From positions 64,001 through 128,000 of the forward strand of contig JBILLK010000022.1 of NCBI GenBank assembly GCA_044376115.1: DNA of 64,000 bases, given 5' to 3'. This stretch comes from Polyangiaceae bacterium. Its GTDB lineage: Bacteria > Myxococcota_A > Polyangia > Polyangiales > Polyangiaceae. Under the pieces are notes generated by a model. The model was not told the origin of the DNA, made no database searches, and was given only the letters and a program-made list of their open reading frames with translations. The position numbers and the translations under genes were made by a program. Shown here one piece after another: positions 58,469 to 64,000 of this stretch. How positions within the stretch are numbered: the first letter of the stretch is position 1; each line of letters starts with the position of its first letter.

Positions 58469-59307
58469 AGCTCCCGGACGGAGCCGTCGGTATTGGGCTA
58501 CGTCCGCCGCACTATCGCGCACTGGCCGAGGGCGAAGCCCGCCTCGAGGACGCTCCGGCGGGACAAGGCACGGTCGACTACGTCGAGGTCATCGCCGACA
58601 ACTTCATGAACGGTGCGGCGGCGCCTTTGTACTGGCTGGATCGGGTCCGCGAGCGAACGCCCATCGTCGTGCACAGCCTTGCGCTCAACGTCCTCGGAGC
58701 CGATGCACTCGACGAAGAGTACCTCGTGCGGCTCGAGGCGCTGTGCGCACGAGTCAACGCGCCGTTCGTCTCGGATCACCTGTGCTGGTCGAGCTCGCGC
58801 GGCGCGCATTTTCACGATCTCCTGCCGACGCCCTACACGGAGGAGGTCGCCGACTACGCTGCTTCGCGGGTGCGAGCCATCCAATCGCGGCTCGCTCGCC
58901 CGTTCGGACTCGAGAACCTCTCCAGCTATGCGCGGTTTGCGAGCTCAACGCTCACGGAGTGGGGCTTCTACACGCGCGTGGTCGCGGACTCCGATGCCTG
59001 GTTCATGCTCGACATCAACAACGTGTACGTATCCGCCAACAACCACGGCTTCGACGCGACGACCTACCTCCAGGCGATACCGAAGGACCGCGTGCTCCAG
59101 ATCCATTTGGCTGGCCATGAAGAGCTGCCGAACGGCGCCCTGTTGGACACCCACGACCAGCCGGTGAAGGCTGCGGTTTGGGAGCTCTATCGCGGGTTCG
59201 TTGCCGCCCGCGGTTCGGCGCCTCCGACGCTGATTGAGCGCGACGACCGCATCCCAGCGCTGGCAGAACTTGTCGCAGAGACCGCGCGAGCCAAGCAGTC
59301 CTTGTGA
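58465..59307 (+). CDS. DUF692 multinuclear non-heme iron oxidative enzyme (MNIO)
   Basis: GIGLRPPHY, VSDHLCW, HDLLPTPY, LENLSSY, LDINNVYVS, IHLAGH, DTHD, IERDDRIP. Confidence 0.95.
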   Translation: MKLPDGAVGIGLRPPHYRALAEGEARLEDAPAGQGTVDYVEVIADNFMNGAAAPLYWLDRVRERTPIVVHSLALNVLGADALDEEYLVRLEALCARVNAPFVSDHLCWSSSRGAHFHDLLPTPYTEEVADYAASRVRAIQSRLARPFGLENLSSYARFASSTLTEWGFYTRVVADSDAWFMLDINNVYVSANNHGFDATTYLQAIPKDRVLQIHLAGHEELPNGALLDTHDQPVKAAVWELYRGFVAARGSAPPTLIERDDRIPALAELVAETARAKQSL

Positions 59308-60164
59308 AGCAGGCCGTCCCGACCATCAGCGCGCAAGCACCGCCCGCGCTCGCCTCCTTTCAGGAGAGCTTCGCTCGTGCGCTCGCCCGCCCACTTGATG
59401 CGTCGAGCGGGATCTTCGTGCCCGACGCCGTCGCGATCGATACGACGTTGCGAATGAACACCCTCCCCTCTCACCATGGAGCGGAGGGCGCTTCGATATC
59501 GGTCTATCAGCGGCAAGTCTGGCTCCGCTGGTTCTCGGCGTTTCATGACGCATTTCCTCTGCTCGCGAGGCTCATCGGCTTCTTTCGGCTCAACGCGCTC
59601 GTGAGCGAGTTCCTCGTCGAGCGACCCGCGACGGATCCGGATCTCAATCGCATCAGCCTCGGATTTGCGTCGTGGCTGATCGCGCGGAGGCCCACGATGG
59701 GTGTCGATGAGCGGCTCATTGCGGATGCAGCGCGACTCGACGAGGCCTGGAGGCTCGCTGCGCTCGCTGAAGCAGAGCCGGCTTGGCGCGGCTCGCTCGC
59801 GTCGCTCGGGGATGCGCGCCTCCTTCGAAGGGCATGCGTCCAGGTGGTTCGTGTGGCGTACCCCGTCGTGGCCTTGCGGCATCGTGCGCTGGCACTCCAA
59901 GGAGAAGAGCGCGTCGTTGCGCCCGTTCGCTCCCGTGAGGAGGAGATCATCGTCGTCGTGCGCACGAGCGACGGATTTGGTGAGGTCTCACTGGCCGGTC
60001 CGGCGGGCGATCTTCTCGATTGGCTCGAGGATGGCACGGTGGGGAGCGCTCTCGCGAAGCTCGAGGAGGTTCATGGCCATCGAGGCGTCGACGCTCTCAC
60101 CGCAGACGTCCAGCGGGTCTTCGCTCTCGGCTCGGCCCACGGCTTTTGGTGCGCACCCGCGTGA
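59304..60164 (+). CDS. DUF2063 / HvfC-like MNIO partner protein
   Basis: LASFQESFARAL, ISVYQRQ...R......FPLL..LIG...; GTGA-coupled to DUF692. Confidence 0.85.
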   Translation: MKQAVPTISAQAPPALASFQESFARALARPLDASSGIFVPDAVAIDTTLRMNTLPSHHGAEGASISVYQRQVWLRWFSAFHDAFPLLARLIGFFRLNALVSEFLVERPATDPDLNRISLGFASWLIARRPTMGVDERLIADAARLDEAWRLAALAEAEPAWRGSLASLGDARLLRRACVQVVRVAYPVVALRHRALALQGEERVVAPVRSREEEIIVVVRTSDGFGEVSLAGPAGDLLDWLEDGTVGSALAKLEEVHGHRGVDALTADVQRVFALGSAHGFWCAPA

Positions 60165-60201
60165 CAGGAAGGAGGCCGCGCGCGGGCTGCGGCAGCAGCT
60201 A

Positions 60202-61227
60202 CTATTTCTCGAGAGCCTTGTGCAGCGCCTTAGCGGCCGCCGGCGGCAGCGAATCCACTTCGGCCGCTGCGCGGACGCGATCGGCGAAGACGGTGGCCGT
60301 CGCTAACGCCTTCAGCTCCGGGGTGGTTTGGCGGATTCTCCGCAGCAGCACCAGAAACACCCGCGCCGCGTCGGCGCCGAGGTTGTCGACAACGGTGTAG
60401 GTTTGCTTCAACAGAATCATGCCGTGAGCGTCTTGCGGCCACGCCTCTGCAACCTGCAGCGCAACCTCCACGTCGAAGAGGGCCGCAGGTACAAAGTAAA
60501 AGCTCCGTCGAAGCTGCGGCTCAGCGCGCAGCCGCTCGTGCAGCGGCTCCGGGTCGCGGCAAAAAACCAGCGCGGCCCAGGGGGAGGACAGCACCTCGAG
60601 CTCCAGCAGCAGCGCCTGCGCATCGGCGTACTCCGCGGGCGTGGCGCGGAGAGCCGCCCGTCGCAACAAAAGCAAGTCGATCAAATAAGTGGAGCTGCCC
60701 CTCAGCTCATACACGCGCGGTGGGAGGTCAACAGGTCCGAGGACCACCAAACGCTTCCTCCCGGTACCGTCGGCATGCAGGCTGAAGCGATGACGGCTTT
60801 GCCCGGTGAACAGCACCTCCAAGGCAAAGCGCAAGCCGCGCGTAAGCCAAAGCGGCATGAGATCCTCGATCACTCGGTCGGAGTCGCGCGAGAGCGCCTG
60901 CTCGAAACAAACGAGCTCAAGCCGCAGCCCCTCTGCCACAAGGTCGCGCATGGCCGGCGGTTCTGGCGCCAACAACTCTGCGCGCAGCTCGGCGAGGAGC
61001 GGCTCTCCCGCGAGTTCCTCTGGCTCGAGCGGCCGATCCGCGAGGAAGCGCGCAGCACGAGCGCGCGCACCCACGCTGGCCCAAGCCTCGCTCAGCGAAC
61101 GAGTCCCATCGCCCGGTAACGGCGCGAGCGACCCATAGACCTGCTTGCGCGTCGCCGGCGTCCAGGTGACGCCATCCTTGACCAAAACAGCTTTGCTCTT
61201 CGGCGTCTTTGGCTTCGACTGCTTCAT
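60202..61227 (-). CDS. Hypothetical protein
   Basis: 341 aa Leu/Ala-rich ORF from MKQSKPK. Confidence 0.65.
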   Translation of the reverse strand: MKQSKPKTPKSKAVLVKDGVTWTPATRKQVYGSLAPLPGDGTRSLSEAWASVGARARAARFLADRPLEPEELAGEPLLAELRAELLAPEPPAMRDLVAEGLRLELVCFEQALSRDSDRVIEDLMPLWLTRGLRFALEVLFTGQSRHRFSLHADGTGRKRLVVLGPVDLPPRVYELRGSSTYLIDLLLLRRAALRATPAEYADAQALLLELEVLSSPWAALVFCRDPEPLHERLRAEPQLRRSFYFVPAALFDVEVALQVAEAWPQDAHGMILLKQTYTVVDNLGADAARVFLVLLRRIRQTTPELKALATATVFADRVRAAAEVDSLPPAAAKALHKALEK

Positions 61228-61346
61228 ACGCGGGCAACGATCGCACGCGAAGCATCGGCGGTAAACGGCGGCCTCGACTCGGGCGACCCGCTCCCGAGCG
61301 CGCACGGTCGACAGAACTTTCAGCACCGTGTCACGTAAGCTCCTTG

Positions 61347-62441
61347 ATGATGAAGCGATCGGCTGTGGTTTGCGCGGTGCTGCTCCTCGGGTGTGCGGAT
61401 GGCGCGAAGGGCGGTGGTTCGGCCGCGGCTGCGACCAGCAGCTCGTCGGCTTCCGCTGCGGGGAGCGCGGCTGCGACGTTGGGGACGGAGCCTCCGACCT
61501 TACCGAATCCACTGCCCAGCGGGCCGACCCACTACGGGGTGAGCAAGCCGCCCCCGCCCAACAGCGCTTGTCCGCCGCTACCGAAGAGCACGCCCGGCGC
61601 GTTCGCGCCCGTGGCCGCGGCTGCGCACCGCCTCGCGTGTGAACCGGCGCTCTACTTCTTGTCGCTGGAGGCGCTGCGCGCGGAGCTCGCGCTGCCAGCC
61701 GACCACACCATCGAGTTCGCTGCGCCGAGCGCAGTGACGCTCCGCTTTCCGAAGGGCAGCGCCGTCGATCTCGCGAGCGCGCTCGGCCTCGTTGATGGCG
61801 TCGCGATGCGACACAACCGCGGAGCGTGGAGCTGGCGAAACTGGAACATGGGCACGAAGGGAGCCGCGGAGGACGTGCTCGAGCTGTGGAGCCCTGCGCG
61901 CGTTTACGTCGGTCTGAACGTCAAGCGCCCAAGCGACGACTCGATCCGTGAGCTGCCGCTCGAGGACAGCACGCTCAGCGGCCAACTTTCGGTGAGCCAG
62001 CCCGAAGCGGTGCTGCCCATCGTCGATGACACGCTCGCGTCAGCGATGCTCCACGTCGCGATCACGCAGCTGGCCCAAGAGAAGGAGCGCCTCGCGGAAG
62101 ACCCGGCCGAGGTCGCCAAACGTTTCGGGCTCGCGAACGACAGGTTTCGGCTCTCGCGCCGCACGAGCAGCAGCGGCTCCACCTCGATCAAGGGCATCGA
62201 CATCTGGGTCACGCGCTCACGCGTCGCGGCCGGGCCGTTGATCGAGGCGCTCGGCTTGACCGGCACGATCGAGCGCTCCCGCGCCAACGACTCGGATGAG
62301 TTCTTGCTCCAGCGTGGCCAAACGACTGAGTTTGCGTGGCGCGGACTGTCGCTCGAGCTCGCCTTCGACGAGCGCACCGGCGCGGCAGCGGCCGGACGGC
62401 ACGGTTCGTTCGTGCTCGACCGCGTGACGCTTATGCCGTAG
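61347..62441 (+). CDS. Lipoprotein, hypothetical
   Basis: LLLGC lipobox, Ser/Ala/Pro linker. Confidence 0.75.
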   Translation: MMKRSAVVCAVLLLGCADGAKGGGSAAAATSSSSASAAGSAAATLGTEPPTLPNPLPSGPTHYGVSKPPPPNSACPPLPKSTPGAFAPVAAAAHRLACEPALYFLSLEALRAELALPADHTIEFAAPSAVTLRFPKGSAVDLASALGLVDGVAMRHNRGAWSWRNWNMGTKGAAEDVLELWSPARVYVGLNVKRPSDDSIRELPLEDSTLSGQLSVSQPEAVLPIVDDTLASAMLHVAITQLAQEKERLAEDPAEVAKRFGLANDRFRLSRRTSSSGSTSIKGIDIWVTRSRVAAGPLIEALGLTGTIERSRANDSDEFLLQRGQTTEFAWRGLSLELAFDERTGAAAAGRHGSFVLDRVTLMP

Positions 62442-62504
62442 CGAGCGACCACGCCCTCGCTGGCGAACCGCTCTCACGGCTCGATCGCCTTCGAGTGCGC
62501 GCCG

Positions 62505-63419
62505 CTAGCGCGCGGGTTGCGAACGTTGGTTCGCCAACGCGACACCCAGCGCGATGATCCCGCTGGCGATCAGCGCGCGCACGGTGGGCGTGATGTCGAG
62601 CAAGAGGAACGCAGCCAGCGCGGCGATCGGCGGTTGGGCGTAGACGTAGGTCGCGACCGTCGAGCTGTCGGCGCGCGCCAGCGCCCAAGCGTTGAGCAAG
62701 TAGGTCAGCACCGTCGGACCGAGCGCCACGAAGGCGATCGAGCCCCAGGCCGAGAGCGGCAGCGTGGACCACGGGATGTGCAACGTATCGGCGGCGGTCA
62801 GCGGCAAGGCCTCGAGCGCGCCGAGCACCATCACCCAAGCCACCGTTTGAAGCGATCCGAGCCGCGCGATCGCCCCGCGCGCCAGCACCAGGTACAGCGC
62901 ATAACAGGCCGTGTTGGCCACGAGCATGAGGTTGCCGAGCAGGCGCGCTTGCGAGCCGTCGAAGCGCTCGGCGCCGACCAGCACCGCACCGCCGATGAGC
63001 GCCACGCCCACGCCCAACAAACGTCGCGCGCTCGGCCGTTCGCGACCGAGAAGCAACGCGGCGCCCACCGTGAACGGCGGGATCAGCAGCACGGCCACCG
63101 AGGCGTTGACCGGCCCGCTGCGCGCGAGCCCGCCCACGAACAGCAGTTGGTTCAGGCTGATGCCGAGCGCCGCCAGGCCGGCCAGACGCAAAAGCTCAGC
63201 GGGCGAAGGCAGGCTCAGCCGGCCCAACGCCGCCCGCGCCGCGAGCGCCAGGATCGGCGCGCCCAACGCCAAGCGCACACCGACCAGCGCCGCCGGGCTC
63301 ATGAAGCGAAGGAGCGAAGCCCCGGCCACCGGCCAGAGCGCGAACAGCACCTGCACGGTGATCAGCGCTGCATGCACCTGACGCGCGCTGGACGCTTGCA
63401 CCTTCTCCATCGCCATCAT
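62505..63419 (-). CDS. EamA/DMT family transporter
   Basis: About 10 TM helices, NQLLF..GL, ERPS.RR..G, Y.L..WAL, YVYAQP. Confidence 0.92.
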   Translation of the reverse strand: MMAMEKVQASSARQVHAALITVQVLFALWPVAGASLLRFMSPAALVGVRLALGAPILALAARAALGRLSLPSPAELLRLAGLAALGISLNQLLFVGGLARSGPVNASVAVLLIPPFTVGAALLLGRERPSARRLLGVGVALIGGAVLVGAERFDGSQARLLGNLMLVANTACYALYLVLARGAIARLGSLQTVAWVMVLGALEALPLTAADTLHIPWSTLPLSAWGSIAFVALGPTVLTYLLNAWALARADSSTVATYVYAQPPIAALAAFLLLDITPTVRALIASGIIALGVALANQRSQPAR

Positions 63420-63464
63420 GCTCCGCGCTGTCCGCGAACGCTGGGCCGCACGAATGCAGCCCAC

Positions 63465-63501
63465 AAAAACCGAAAGGCTTCGGAGGTTTTCCTCCGAAGC
63501 C
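63465..63501 (-). terminator. Rho-independent terminator after the tRNA
   Basis: GGCTTCGGAGG-AAAA-CCTCCGAAGCC perfect 11-bp hairpin followed by TTTCGGTTTTT on the minus strand. Confidence 0.85.
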
Positions 63502-63502
63502 A

Positions 63503-63578
<76 letters not shown>

Positions 63579-63616
63579 AAAAGTCGTGTCTAAAGCTGTC
63601 TCCAAGAAGCGAGCGC

Positions 63617-63644
63617 ACCCTACTTGAACGAACTGGCATTGCAA
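63617..63644 (-). promoter_or_regulatory. Sigma70-like promoter for tRNA-Pro
   Basis: TTGCAA-16 nt-TAGGGT followed by a GC-rich discriminator. Confidence 0.55.
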
Positions 63645-63749
63645 GAGAATCTTCATGCGTCTCGCCAGTCTTCCGACGCAGACCTGCCTCCAGCCTGACA
63701 CAAGCTTCGCGCGAGCCCTCGCGAGCGAGTTGCGCTAGGGTAGCGCCCG

Positions 63750-64000
63750 GTGCTGAAGGCTTCCCTCCTCCTAACCGGGCTGCTGCTGCTGGGCTGTGCC
63801 GACGTAAGGCCGCCTGTAGCGTCTCCGGACGGCGTCTCGACCTCCACGCAACCTGGGGGTCAAGCGTCGGGGGATTTGAGCGCAGACCAGCACCAAGCGG
63901 ACGAAAGCGTGCCGGTCGGTTTTGAGCAGGAGTCGGCCGAGCCGGAGCCCCCCGAGGCCGAGCTCGAGTACAGCGGCGAAGAAGGCGACGAGGGCGACGA
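63750..64000 (+). CDS. Lipoprotein, partial at the window end
   Basis: GTG-LKASLLLTGLLLLGC lipobox, open to the edge. Confidence 0.65.
   Translation, partial: MLKASLLLTGLLLLGCADVRPPVASPDGVSTSTQPGGQASGDLSADQHQADESVPVGFEQESAEPEPPEAELEYSGEEGDEGD

Overview
High-GC window whose gene content points to a myxobacterium (Polyangiaceae/Sorangium-like): many Gly/Ala-rich lipoproteins, a Ser/Thr kinase and a MoxR conflict system. From left to right it holds: (1) a P-type ATPase / VIT1 / hemerythrin / TPM-LemA block; (2) a Cys-rich lipoprotein coupled to a ferritin-like di-iron protein; (3) a patchwork accessory region with tandem 2OG-Fe(II) oxygenases, gene remnants and lipoproteins; (4) a ~14 kb defence/conflict island at 26.4-40.7 kb, containing a PtuA-like ATPase with an HNH-Kelch fusion, an ATPase plus small putative nuclease, a degenerate DEDDh-TerB-BRCT protein, a PD-(D/E)XK nuclease and a MoxR-vWA-bpX ternary system; (5) an orphan TssB/TssC-like sheath fusion, a PYP-V4R sensor behind a kinase, a Csp-type copper protein, SRAP and GST; (6) a DUF692 (MNIO)/DUF2063 operon whose predicted substrate is a lipoprotein fusing bufferin-like Cys motifs to a c-type cytochrome, which is the most striking item; (7) an EamA transporter and tRNA-Pro(GGG). 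Several genes carry frameshifts that may be real decay or assembly indels. All family assignments come from motif recognition by eye; no database searches were run.
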